Source: an uncultured Chloroflexia bacterium
Lineage (GTDB): Bacteria; Chloroflexota; Limnocylindria; Limnocylindrales; CSP1-4
Length of the DNA: 64,000 nucleotides
Direction: 5' to 3'
Assembly: GCA_963736545.1 (NCBI GenBank)
Contig: CAVTPA010000001.1
Span: 3,372,734 to 3,436,733 of the forward strand
Positions 1-9,640 of this stretch are shown here, piece after piece. The first letter of the stretch is position 1, and every line of letters begins with the position of its first letter. Under the pieces are notes generated by a model that worked only from the letters and a program-made list of their open reading frames with translations, did not search any database and had not been told where the DNA came from. Both the position numbers and the translations under genes were made by a program.

Positions 1-588
1 GCGGACGTCGTAGGAGGCCAGCTCGACCAGCTGGTCGGTGGGCAGGTAGCGGCGACCGGGGTCGCCGACCAGCATGTCGATCCCCCGCTCGCGCGCCCGG
101 CGGAGCCACGGTTGGACGCGTTCAGCGAGGCGCGCGTCGTACCAGCAGTCGCCGGCGAGGATGACGTCGACGTCGGGCGGTTCCTCGTCCAGCACGTCCC
201 GGCGCACGACTCCCACCCGCCGACCGTTCGCGCGGGCGTTGAGCTCGATCGCCGCCGCGGCGAAGGCATCGATGTCGGCGCCGGTCGCCTCGGACGCGCC
301 GGCATGCATCGAAGCGATCGCGCACAGCCCGGAGCCGGAGCCGACGTCGAACACCCGCCGGCCGGCCACGACCTCGGGGTGCTCGCGCAGGTAGCGGCCG
401 ATCGCGAGCCCGCCTCCCCACGCGACGGCCCAGTACGGGAGGGCCGCGTCCGGGTCGTCCGTCGCGACCTGGAGCGCGTGCCACAGCGGCAGCACCTCGT
501 CGGCGAGGTGGAGGCGGATCTCCTCGAGGCCCGGCACGGGACGCAGGTGCGTGTGGCGCAGGACGAAGGCACGGGGCGATGCGGCCAT
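1..588 (-). CDS. Class I SAM-dependent methyltransferase (COG3897/ETFB-KMT-like), truncated at the window edge
   Basis: Manual translation from ATG 588: MAASPRAFVLRHTHLRPVPGLEEIRLHLA...PYWAVAWGGG...VFDVGSGSGLCAIA (SAM motif I). Absent from the ORF track because it runs off the edge. Confidence 0.85.
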   Translation of the reverse strand, partial: MAASPRAFVLRHTHLRPVPGLEEIRLHLADEVLPLWHALQVATDDPDAALPYWAVAWGGGLAIGRYLREHPEVVAGRRVFDVGSGSGLCAIASMHAGASEATGADIDAFAAAAIELNARANGRRVGVVRRDVLDEEPPDVDVILAGDCWYDARLAERVQPWLRRARERGIDMLVGDPGRRYLPTDQLVELASYDVR

Positions 589-676
589 GGGCCGCACTGT
601 ACTGGGCGGCCCCGCGGTGCCGGGCGCCCGCCGCCCGGCGCGTGGCGCCGTCGCCTGCGCCGGCGCCGTCGCCCGG

Positions 677-933
677 CGCGTGGCACGCAATCCTTCCTGC
701 GTGCCGCGGCATGACGAGGCCCGCCGGACACGTTCCTGTGCGTGCCACGCGCGACTCTCGTCGGACGGGGCCGCTGCCGCCGTCGGAAGCACGAAACATG
801 GCGTGGCACGCGACGGGGGCCCGGGCGCTGCCCGGACGCCGGCACGGGGCCCGTGAGATCGCCCGGAGGCCGGCCCGGGGCCCAGTCGCCGACGCCGGCC
901 CCGACGCGCGACGGGGGCCCGGGCGCTGCCCGG
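677..933. repeat. REP-like cluster: GCGTGGCACGC inverted/direct copies plus a 27-bp direct repeat
   Basis: cgcgtggcacgca 677-689 is the exact reverse complement of 739-751. A further copy lies at 801-812. cgcgacgggggcccgggcgctgcccgg occurs at 809-835 and 907-933. Confidence 0.7.
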
Positions 934-953
934 CCGCCACGCGGCGCGCCGGG

Positions 954-1671
954 TCAGCCGCTCGCCACCCGGAACACCACCGCCATCGCGAGGAGCGCCG
1001 CCACGATGAGCGCCGCCCCCGCGACCGACACGAGCCGGCCGTCGCGCCCGTGCGCCTGCAGCCACGGAGCGAGCGTGCGGTTGAGCAGCGGCATCACGAG
1101 CCACTCCAGGGTGGCCACGCTGAGGATGTTGCCGACCAGCATCGCGAAGGCCGTGCCCAGGTCGACGGTCCGCGGCGAGACGACGATCGTCAGGAGCATG
1201 ACCACGGGATAGAGGCCGAGAAGGACGAGCAGGAACGACTTCCAGTGGGGGACCGGCGTGCCGTCGGCCGTCTGCCCGGCGACCCAGGTGCCGAAGCCGG
1301 TCGGCATCGTGTGCTGCACGCCAGCCGTGGGCCTCGCGGGGCAGCTCGGCCAGCCACGCCGTTCGCTCGGGTGCGTCGAGCCAGGCCTGGAGCTTCGCCT
1401 CGTCGTCGAAGTGGACGATGATGACCCACTCGTCGTCGTCGCCGCCGGTCGGCGGGTAGACCTCGGTCGCCTGGTAGCCCGGGTAGGCGCCGGCCAGGTT
1501 GGCGACCTCGCGCTGCCAGGCCAGGAAGGTGTCGGCCTGGTCGGGGGGCCAGTGCTGGATGATGACCGTCGAGGCGCGCGGGCCGCGCACGCGCAGGATC
1601 GGCGGGGCCGGTTCGGGCGTGTGGCCGGGTGGCACGACCGGAGGGTCGCCGGGTGGTGTCGCGGCGTTCAT
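954..1671 (-). CDS. Antibiotic-biosynthesis-monooxygenase-like membrane protein (COG3224), frameshift near 1320
   Basis: ATG 1671 with GGAGG RBS. N-part FLAWQREVANLAGAYPGYQATEVYPP...WVIIVHFDDEAKLQAWLDAPER joins in another frame to GFGTW...PHWKSFLLVLLGLYPVV with hydrophobic helices. Confidence 0.75.
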
Positions 1672-1808
1672 GGCACCTCCGGACGAGGGAAGCGACGCGG
1701 GGCGCTCGGCGCGCTCGCGCGCAGCGTACAGCGGTTGGATCGTCGCTCCCGGCCCCGGCTTCGGGATCCCGATCGGCCAGCAACCCACCTTGCTGGTATG
1801 CTTGCACG

Positions 1809-2135
1809 ATGAAAGTCACGATCGACCTGGACCCCGAGCTGTACCGCGCCGTCAAGGTGGAAGCCGCGCGGGCCGACCGCAGCGTGCGCGAGATCGTGGA
1901 CGAGGCGCTCGCCGGCTGGCTGGAGCGGCTCGAGGATGCCGAGGACGCCGCCGCGGCGACGGAGGCGCTCGCCGAGTACGCCCGCGATGGCGGCGTGGCC
2001 GCCGACGAGTTCTTCCGTGCGCATGCGGCCGAGACACGGGCGACGTACGGATCCCAGGCCAACGCCGCCGACGCCACCGACACCGACGGCCCGGGTCGGG
2101 CAACAGACGCGGGCGCCGCGGCCGGCCGGGAGTGA
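1809..2135 (+). CDS. Putative ribbon-helix-helix antitoxin
   Basis: MKVTIDLDPELYRAVKVEAARADRSVREIVDEAL (RHH pattern) and acidic EDAED segment. Stop overlaps the toxin start (GTGA). Confidence 0.8.
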   Translation: MKVTIDLDPELYRAVKVEAARADRSVREIVDEALAGWLERLEDAEDAAAATEALAEYARDGGVAADEFFRAHAAETRATYGSQANAADATDTDGPGRATDAGAAAGRE

Positions 2136-2407
2136 GCGAGCGGGCCTGGCGGGTCGAGCTGGCGCCCGCGGCGCAGCGCCAGCTTCGCAAGCTGCCGCCG
2201 GTCGAGACGGTGCGCCTTCGCACCCCGATCCTTGCGCTCGCGCGCGACCCGCGACCGCCGGGCGCCGTCCGGCTGACGGGCGGCCCCTTCTGGCGCCTCC
2301 GCGGCGGCGATCTGCGTGTCGTCTACTCGATCGACGAGGAGCGGCGCCTCGTCGTCGTGCTGCGGGTCGCGCGGCGGGGCGAGAGCACGTACCGGCGAGT
2401 CCGGTAG
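2132..2407 (+). CDS. relE: Type II toxin, RelE/ParE family
   Basis: 91 aa: WRVELAPAAQRQLRKL...DPRPPGAVRLTG..WRLRGGDLRVVYSIDEERRLVVVLRVARR. Confidence 0.85.
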   Translation: MSERAWRVELAPAAQRQLRKLPPVETVRLRTPILALARDPRPPGAVRLTGGPFWRLRGGDLRVVYSIDEERRLVVVLRVARRGESTYRRVR

Positions 2408-2440
2408 GGCAGGGCCAGGCGAGCGACGGGCACGGCGCGC

Positions 2441-4377
2441 TCAGGTCGCGGTCAGCTCCTCCATCGCGGCGCGCGTGCGCGCGAGCCGGCGCGACGCCTC
2501 CGCGCGGGCCTGCGCGAGGTCGCCGTTCGGGTGGACGATCGCCTCCATGTAGATCTTGAGCTTCGGCTCCGTGCCCGACGGGCGGACGATCACGCGCGTG
2601 TCGTCGGCCAGCAGGTAGCGGAGACCCTCGGTCGGGGGCAGGCCGGGGCCAGCGCCGTCGGCCAGGTCGTCGATTCGCGCCACCGGGACCCCGCCGATCG
2701 CGGTCGCCGGCGCCGCCCGCAGACGGGCCATGACGACGTCGATCAGCGTCAGGTCGGTGACCCGCACCGAGAAGGCGTCGGTGGCGTAGACGCCGTGGGC
2801 CCGGGCGAGGTCGTCGAGCGACGTCGAGCAGCGTCCGCCCGTGGGCGCGCAGGTTGGCCACCAGGTCGGCCATGAGAAGGGCCGCCGAGATGCCGTCCTT
2901 GTCGGCGACGTTCCCCGGGTCGACGCAGTAGCCGATCGCCTCCTCGTAGCCGTAGCGAAGGCGCGGGACCCGGCCGATCCACTTGAAGCCGGTGAGGGTC
3001 TCGACGCCGGGCAGGCCGGCGGTGGCGGCCATCGCGCCGAGCAGCCGCGACGAGACGATCGAGCGGGCGAGCACGGCGTGCGGCGCGTGCGGGTCGACCC
3101 CGCGCTCGATCACGTGCTGGCCGAGGAGGACGCCCACCTCGTCGCCGCGGAGCATCCGCCAGCCCTCGGGGTCTGTGGGAGTGGCCGCGCCGGGGTCGCG
3201 GACTGCGACGGCGCAGCGGTCGGCGTCGGGGTCGGAGGCGATGACGACGTCGGGGTGCACCCGCCGGGCGACGGCGAGGGCGAGGTCGATCGCGCCGGGC
3301 TCCTCGGGGTTCGGGAAGGGCACGGTCGGGAAGTCGGGATCGGGCGCCGCCTGCTCGTCGACGACGATCGGGCGGGGGAAGCCGGCCCGCTCGAACGCGC
3401 GAACGACGATGTCACCGCCGACGCCGTGCATCGAGGTGTGGACGACGCGAGAGCTCGCGGGGGGTCGCCGGGTCGACGACCGACACGACGGCGTCGAGGT
3501 AGGCCTCGACGACCTCCTCGCCGAGGGCGACCCAGCGGTCGGGCGGGGTGGGGCTGCCGGGGCCGGGCGGCTCGGCGCGAGCGACGTCGGCGACCGACGG
3601 GACGGCATCGATCCGGGCGGCGATCTCCGTGTCGGCGGGCGGGACGATCTGGCTCCCGTCGCCGAGGTAGACCTTGTAGCCGTTGTCGCGCGGCGGGTTG
3701 TGGGAGGCCGTGACCATCACGCCGGCGTCGGCGCCGAGGTGGCGGATGGCGAAGGCGAGGAGCGGCGTCGGCAGGGGACGGGGGAGGAGGAGGGCACGCC
3801 CGCCGGCCGCGACGACGACGGCGCAGGTGTCGCGGGCGAAGACGTCGGAGTTGTGGCGGGCGTCGAAGCCAACGACGACGGTGGGGGCGGGGATCGGCGA
3901 GGGCGAGCCGGTGGCGGGGGCGCCCGGCGCCGTGCCGGTGGCGGTGGCGCCGCCCGTGTCCGTGGAGCCGCCGCGAGACCCACCGGCCTGCAGGTAGGCG
4001 ACGAGGCCGGCCGCAGCCCGGATGACGACGGCCCGGTTCATCCGGTTGGGACCGGCGCCGAGGACACCGCGCAGCCCGGCCGTCCCGAACTGGAGCGTGC
4101 CGGCGAAGCGGTCGGCCAGGTCCTCGACGGCGGCGACATCGCCGCCCCGGGCGGGGTCGGCGCCGCGTGCGGCCGGGTCGCCGCCCCGGGCGGGGTCGGC
4201 GCCGCGTGCGGCCGGGTCGCCGCCCCGGGCGGGGTCGGCGCCGCGTGCGGCCGGGTCGCCGCCCCGGGCGGTCTCGATTGCTTCCGCCAGCTCCTCGCGG
4301 GTGGCCGGGTCGGGGTCGTCGACCAGCCAGGCCTCGGCCCGCGCGATCAGGGCGGCGAGGGTCTCGTCGGTCGGCAT
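2441..4377 (-). CDS. Phospho-sugar mutase (phosphomannomutase/phosphoglucomutase), about two frameshifts (~3460, ~2820)
   Basis: FGTAGLRG, VTASHNP (phosphoserine), DPDADR (metal), GYEEAIG and RPSGTEPKLKIY motifs spread over three frames. Confidence 0.9.
4141..4270. repeat. In-frame 39-bp tandem repeat (about 3.3 copies) inside the mutase gene
   Basis: Unit gccgccccgggcggggtcggcgccgcgtgcggccgggtc encodes (ARGGDPAARGADP)x3 on the minus strand. Confidence 0.9.
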
Positions 4378-4548
4378 GGCCTCGGCCTCCGTGGGGGCTC
4401 GCCGGGGACGGGGAGGTGCCCGGTCGTGCGCCGTCGGGCAGAGTCTCGCGCATCGACGGGCTGGGGTGCAGGGTCGCCGCGCCGGAGCTCGGCGGCGCCC
4501 GTGTGGCAGGTGAGCTCGAGCCGGGAGTGGGCTCGAGGCGGCGCCGGC

Positions 4549-4657
4549 GCAAGGCGGGTTGTCATTAGTGACGGGTCCACGCACGAGCCGTGATGCGAAC
4601 CTGGTGTTTGTCGAAGTCGCCGTGCTGCGACCTCGACGTAATGACAACGGGGCTTGC
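4549..4657. repeat. 109-bp imperfect palindrome, family A copy 1
   Basis: gcaag..gttgtcatta..gtccacgcacg / cgtgc..gacc..taatgacaac..cttgc. Homologous to 7000-7108. Confidence 0.85.
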
Positions 4658-4908
4658 ACGGAGGCCCAGATGGATCGGCCGCAGGGCCGGCGGCGGGCCG
4701 CGGACGCTGGCGGGCCAACCGCGTGGCCGCCCGCTCGGCACGGGCGTGGCGCCGGGCCGGACGCGGCCGCTTGCCCGGCGGCGGGCCGGTTGCGGGCGCT
4801 GGCCCGGCGGCGGGCCGGTTGCGGGCCGGATTGCCGGCCCGCCGGGACCGTTGGCCCTACCGCGCGTCCGGGCCGGTCGCGACCCTCGGGTCCATGCGAC
4901 CTGCCCAC

Positions 4909-6147
4909 ATGCGGAGCGCCCTCGTCGCGGCCGCGCTCCTGTCCCTCGTCTCCTGCGGCGGCAGCGCGAGCCCGATCCCGTCGCCGTCGCCCGACTCCTC
5001 GATCGGGCCGATGCCACCGGCGACGGCGGCGCCGCCCGTGGCTGCCTCCCCGTCGCCGGCCGGGAGCCCCGTCCCGACGGCCGACCTCCAGGGCCTCCTC
5101 GACGCCGCGCGCCGCGACTACGGCGCCCCCGGCGCGATGGCCGTGCTCATGCGCGACGGCGAGCGGACGTTCGCCGCCTCGGGGACGGCCGACCTCGACG
5201 GCACACCGATCACGGAGTCGACCCGCTTCCGGATTGCGAGCATCACGAAGCCGATCGTGGCCGCGCTGGTCCTCGACGCTGTCGAGCGGGGCGAGCTGGC
5301 GCTCGACGACGTCGTCGGCGACCTGCTGCCGGGCGTCCTCCGGGCCGAACCGCCGGTGACGGTCCGTCAGCTCCTGGCCCACACGAGCGGGGTCTTCGAC
5401 GTGAGCAACGACCGCACGACCCCGGCGGAGATCGCGGCCGACATCGCCAGCCTTCCGGACCCCGAGATGCGCGCGGAGGCCGAGGCGGCGCTTCAGCGGT
5501 ACCTCGCCGGCGAGCAGGTGATCGCTCCTGCGGAGGTGCTGGTCGCCCTGTCGGAGCTCCACGAGCGCTACTTCGCGCCGGGCGCCGGCTACCACTACAG
5601 CAACACGAACTACCAGCTGGCCGCGATGGTGCTCGAGAGGGCGACCGGGCGGCCGCTGGCCGATCTGTTGCGGGAGCGGGTCGCCGAGCCGCTGGGACTC
5701 GAGCGGACGACGATCGCGCCGCCCGACGTCGCATCGCCGGAGCTCCGTGGCCATGGGACGAGCACCGCCGATGCGAGCCTGGTCGACGTCACCGACGACC
5801 TGGTCCTCTTCGGCAACGGGGGCAACGGCGGGGTCATCTCGACGCCCGACGAGTTGCTCGCGGTGGTGCAGGCGATCGTCGGGGGGAGCCTCCTTCCGCC
5901 CGAGCTGGTCGCCGAGATGCGGTCGCCGACGTCGATGTCGCTCGGCTCGTACGGCCTCGGCCTCGCCACGTACAAGCTGTCGTGCGGCACGTTCTACGGC
6001 CACGAGGGCGGGGTGAACGGAACCGCGTCGATCGCGATGGTCGCGCCTGACGGCGCCGACGGCGTCGTCATCGCGCTCAACCTGCGGAGCGGCGAGGATC
6101 CCCGCCTGCCGGCGTTGGCAGACGACCTGCTCTGCGCGGGACGCTAG
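4909..6147 (+). CDS. Serine hydrolase (beta-lactamase class C / D-Ala-D-Ala peptidase family) lipoprotein
   Basis: Lipobox LSLVSC, FRIASITK (SxxK), YHYSNTNY (YxN), HEG. Confidence 0.9.
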   Translation: MRSALVAAALLSLVSCGGSASPIPSPSPDSSIGPMPPATAAPPVAASPSPAGSPVPTADLQGLLDAARRDYGAPGAMAVLMRDGERTFAASGTADLDGTPITESTRFRIASITKPIVAALVLDAVERGELALDDVVGDLLPGVLRAEPPVTVRQLLAHTSGVFDVSNDRTTPAEIAADIASLPDPEMRAEAEAALQRYLAGEQVIAPAEVLVALSELHERYFAPGAGYHYSNTNYQLAAMVLERATGRPLADLLRERVAEPLGLERTTIAPPDVASPELRGHGTSTADASLVDVTDDLVLFGNGGNGGVISTPDELLAVVQAIVGGSLLPPELVAEMRSPTSMSLGSYGLGLATYKLSCGTFYGHEGGVNGTASIAMVAPDGADGVVIALNLRSGEDPRLPALADDLLCAGR

Positions 6148-6213
6148 GGCGACGACGCCGCCGCGCCGGCGCTCGTGCGCAGCGGCCGGTCACTCCGCCG
6201 CACGCAGCTCCGG

Positions 6214-6429
6214 CTACGCGGGCGGGTCGGGGGTCCAGCGGAGGATGTCGCCCGGCTGGCAGTCGAGCACCCGGCAGATCGCGTCGAGGGTGGAGAACCG
6301 GATGGCTCGGGCGCGCCCGTTCTTCAGGACGGCGACGTTCGCCGGCGTGATGCCGACGGCCGTCGCGAAGTCGCCCACCGACATCTTGCGTCGGGCGAGC
6401 ATGACGTCGAGGTCGACGATGACGGCCAT
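6214..6429 (-). CDS. Cro/C1-type HTH regulator (YozG-like)
   Basis: VGITPANVAVLKNGRARAIRFSTLDAICRVLDCQPGDIL, directly downstream of the DUF2975 gene. Confidence 0.92.
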   Translation of the reverse strand: MAVIVDLDVMLARRKMSVGDFATAVGITPANVAVLKNGRARAIRFSTLDAICRVLDCQPGDILRWTPDPPA

Positions 6430-6906
6430 TCAGATCGTCTCGTCGAGCTCGGTGCGGTCGGCGATCGCCGTCTCGAGCAGGCCCCGCATGACGATCATGA
6501 GGAGCACGAACGCCAGCCCGGCAACGAGGCAGGCGCCCAGGTAGTAGATCATCGGTCCGCCGCCGCCGGGCACGACGGCGAGCATGTGGACCAGGACGCC
6601 TGCGGTCAGCAGGGTGGCGACCACCGCGCAGGCGATGATCGCGTCGACCCAGCGCAGTGCGCGGCGGGTGAAGATGACACCGCGGTCGACCAGCGACAGC
6701 AGCCGCCAGACGAAGAGCAGCGCCACCTGGCCGCAGGCGATGAAGAGGATGGCGGCCACCGAGTACGGGACGACGAGGTAGGCGACTTCGGGGAAGGTTG
6801 TCCCCACCTGGGACGCGTACAGGGGCACGAGGACCTGTACGAACACGGATCCGAGCAGGAGGATGACAAGAGCGACGCGGAGAAGTTGTCGCGCAAGCCT
6901 GTTCAT
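6430..6906 (-). CDS. DUF2975 membrane protein
   Basis: Four hydrophobic helices, C-terminal ELDETI, classic pairing with a YozG-like HTH. Confidence 0.85.
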   Translation of the reverse strand: MNRLARQLLRVALVILLLGSVFVQVLVPLYASQVGTTFPEVAYLVVPYSVAAILFIACGQVALLFVWRLLSLVDRGVIFTRRALRWVDAIIACAVVATLLTAGVLVHMLAVVPGGGGPMIYYLGACLVAGLAFVLLMIVMRGLLETAIADRTELDETI

Positions 6907-6912
6907 CTATCG

Positions 6913-6941
6913 AGTATCGATCGGTATTGCTCGACTGTCAA
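6913..6941 (-). promoter_or_regulatory. Sigma70-type promoter, leaderless, for the DUF2975-HTH operon
   Basis: Minus strand reads TTGACA-17 nt-GATACT-6 nt-ATG. Confidence 0.75.
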
Positions 6942-6999
6942 TAGATCTTTCGGCACCTGGCGGCCTCTGACCGACCGGTCGCGACTCCGGGGCCGTCGT

Positions 7000-7108
7000 G
7001 CAAGCCGGGCTGTCATTACGGTCGCGTCCACGCACGGGTTGTCGGGCAAACCCATGGTTCGGACAACTCCCCGTGCGTGGACCTCGTCGTAATGACAGCG
7101 GGGCTTGC
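7000..7108. repeat. 109-bp imperfect palindrome, family A copy 2
   Basis: gcaagcc..gctgtcattacg..gtccacgcacgg.ttgtc / gacaac..ccgtgcgtggac..cgtaatgacagc..ggcttgc. Confidence 0.85.
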
Positions 7109-7213
7109 GTCGATGCCCGGGCGGATCGGCGGCGGGCCGGTTGCGGCAGGGGCGGGCTTGCGCGGCGGCGGGCGGGCCCGGATCCCGCGCTTGCGCAGGG
7201 CCCGCATCCGGGC

Positions 7214-7975
7214 TCACGGCCGGGACGCGAGGCGCTCGATCTCGGCGACGACATGGTCGGCCAGTGCCCGCACCTGCGGCGCGAGGTCGTCGAACGTGCC
7301 GTCGTCGCCGGCGAGGTACGCGTCCCGCGCCCGGGCCAGCACCGGGCGGTGCTCCGGCGGGAGGCGGTCCACGGCCCAGGCGGCCGCTGCGTCCTTCGAC
7401 AGGATCTCGCCGGTCGCGAGCGTGACCCAGATTCGGGCGAGCGTGAGGATCACGTTCCGCGTGTCGGGCTCGAGGTCGGCGAGGAGCCCGGGGACGCCCG
7501 CGACGATCGCCCGGCGCAGGTCGGCGGGCGGGACCGCGTCGAGGATCTCGGCCGGCGGCGGCCCCACGAGCGGGTGGTTCCCCGCGAGCGTCATCGCGAT
7601 GAGCGGCGCGAGGTCGGGAGACGGCCCGGGCTCGGGGACGAACCCCCGCTCGTAGTCGTCCCTGAGCCACTCGCCGTACTGCAGCTCGGCACGGGGCGGG
7701 TAGCGCCACGGGCGGACGACGGACTGCACGACGATCGTCAGCTCGACGGGCCGGGCGGGCCCGCGGCGCGCACGGCGGCCCGAGACGTCGAGCACCCGGT
7801 CGACGATCTCCCTGCGCTCGGCGATCGTCGTGGGCCGTCGCACGACGACGAGGACGTCGACGTCGCTGGTCGGGCGCAGGCCGCCCAGGACGGCCGAGCC
7901 GTGCAGGTACGCGCCGACGACGTCGGGGCCGAGCACGTCCCCGACGAGCCGAACCACGTCGTCGGCAAGGTCCAC
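7214..7975 (-). CDS. Aminoglycoside nucleotidyltransferase-like protein (AadA/ANT(9) family, DUF4111)
   Basis: YLHGSAVLGGLRPTSDVDVLVV, RPVELT, ELQYGEWLR, DTRNVILTLARIW, SKDAAAAW. GTG start with GGAGG RBS. Confidence 0.88.
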   Translation of the reverse strand: MDLADDVVRLVGDVLGPDVVGAYLHGSAVLGGLRPTSDVDVLVVVRRPTTIAERREIVDRVLDVSGRRARRGPARPVELTIVVQSVVRPWRYPPRAELQYGEWLRDDYERGFVPEPGPSPDLAPLIAMTLAGNHPLVGPPPAEILDAVPPADLRRAIVAGVPGLLADLEPDTRNVILTLARIWVTLATGEILSKDAAAAWAVDRLPPEHRPVLARARDAYLAGDDGTFDDLAPQVRALADHVVAEIERLASRP

Positions 7976-8181
7976 CGGAGCCTCCCCTGCGGGCGAACGG
8001 CCGGACGAAGGCCGAGCGAACGACCAGGCGAAGGATGCCACGCCGTGACCTTGTGCTCTGGCGCCGCGCGGCCCGGCCGGTTCCAATGCAACGAACGCGG
8101 CCCCTCGAGCGTTCTCTCCCGGGCGGCAGGTCGGCCACGTCGGGATGGCGCTCCGCCGTCGAGGCTTCGGGAGGGATCGAG

Positions 8182-9582
8182 ATGGCGCTCGCGACACCCG
8201 CCGAGCTGGAGGGCGAGGGCCCGCCGATCGCGCCGGGAGGGGTCGAGGCCGCCGAGGTCGGGCGCACCGGGATCCACCTGCCGTGGCGGCAGCTGTTCGT
8301 GATGTCGGTCTACTGGTTCGGCATCCAGGCGATCTGGGGCGGCTACGAGACCTTCGGCCAGGAGCAGGTCAAGCTCATGGTCGGCGAGGAGAGCAAGGGC
8401 CTCACGATCGGGATCATCGAGAGCCTCGGGGCGATGATGGCGCTCGTCGTCCAGCCCACCGCGGGCGTCATCAGCGACTACACGTCGACCCGCTGGGGCC
8501 GCCGGAAGGCGTACATCATCGTCGGCTCGGTGATGGACGTCATCTTCCTCGCCGGTCTCGCCCTCGTCGCGATCCCGAGCCCGGGCACCGACTGGGACGG
8601 CCAGGCGCTCGCGACGACGCAGACGGTCGTGCTCTACCTCGGCCTCTACCTCTGCCTCCAGTTCAGCTCGAACATGGCCCAGGGCCCGTTCCAGGGCTAC
8701 CTGCCCGACCTCGTCCCGGAGCACCAGGTGGGGGCGGCGAGCACGCTCGTCGGGATCATGAAGCCGCTCGGGCTCATCGGCGGCGCATTGATCATGATCT
8801 CGCTCGGGCTCGGGCTCGGCCTGTGGGGCCTCGCGCTCGTCCTCATCGGCCTCATCGAGCTGACGCTCGCCACGATCACGTGCCTCTTCGTCCAGGAGGG
8901 GCCGACCGGGAAGCCGCGCAACGGCCGGTCCTGGTGGTCGATCGGGACCGAGGCGTGGGGCCTCGACGTCCTCAAGGAACGCTCGTTCCTCCTCATGACG
9001 ACCGTCCGGTTCCTCGTCCTCATGGCGACCGGCATCTTCTTCAACGTCCAGCTCTACTACCTCGAGGCGCTCGGCTACGAGGGCGAGGATCGGGCTCCGT
9101 GGGCGTTCATCGGCAGCGTGCTCGGGGTGACGACCGCGGTCCTCGCCGCGGCGATCGCCACGCCGCTGTCCGACCGGACCGGCCGGAAGCCGATCATCTG
9201 GGCCGCGATCGCCATCGCCGCAACGGGGATCGGCGTGCTCGCCGTCGCCCAGGACGTGCCGGTGGCCCTCGTCGGCATCGCTCTCATGGGGCTCGGAACC
9301 GGTGGCTACCTCGCCGTGGACTGGGCGCTCATGACGGAGGTCATCCCGCTTGCGTCGAGCGGCCGCTTCATGGGACTGGCGAACGTCGCCAACTCGCTGG
9401 CCACGCCGGTCGGCATGGTCTTCGCCGGGATCACGATCGACTACTTCACCCGGACCGGGAACATCGACATGGGGCCGCGCGTCGGCGTGGCGCTCGGGGT
9501 CCCGATGCTGATCGGGGCCGCGATCGTCCTCGTCGGCGTCCATCCGCGGCGCGATCCGCGCCTGGCGGCCGCCGCGGCGTGA
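8182..9582 (+). CDS. MFS transporter
   Basis: About 12 TM helices, motif A GVISDYTSTRWGRRK and LSDRTGRK. Confidence 0.9.
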   Translation: MALATPAELEGEGPPIAPGGVEAAEVGRTGIHLPWRQLFVMSVYWFGIQAIWGGYETFGQEQVKLMVGEESKGLTIGIIESLGAMMALVVQPTAGVISDYTSTRWGRRKAYIIVGSVMDVIFLAGLALVAIPSPGTDWDGQALATTQTVVLYLGLYLCLQFSSNMAQGPFQGYLPDLVPEHQVGAASTLVGIMKPLGLIGGALIMISLGLGLGLWGLALVLIGLIELTLATITCLFVQEGPTGKPRNGRSWWSIGTEAWGLDVLKERSFLLMTTVRFLVLMATGIFFNVQLYYLEALGYEGEDRAPWAFIGSVLGVTTAVLAAAIATPLSDRTGRKPIIWAAIAIAATGIGVLAVAQDVPVALVGIALMGLGTGGYLAVDWALMTEVIPLASSGRFMGLANVANSLATPVGMVFAGITIDYFTRTGNIDMGPRVGVALGVPMLIGAAIVLVGVHPRRDPRLAAAAA

Positions 9583-9640
9583 CCGTCGGGTTCCGCCGGC
9601 GATGATGCAACACCGGCGGCCGCGACGGCGTCTAGCGGGC

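Noticed and set aside
1809-2407. Toxin-antitoxin pair as marker of a prophage or mobile island
   Set aside because: No integrase, transposase, phage genes or att repeats nearby.
7000-7108. Integron attC site downstream of the aadA-like gene
   Set aside because: No RYYYAAC/GTTRRRY core ends and no integrase in the window.
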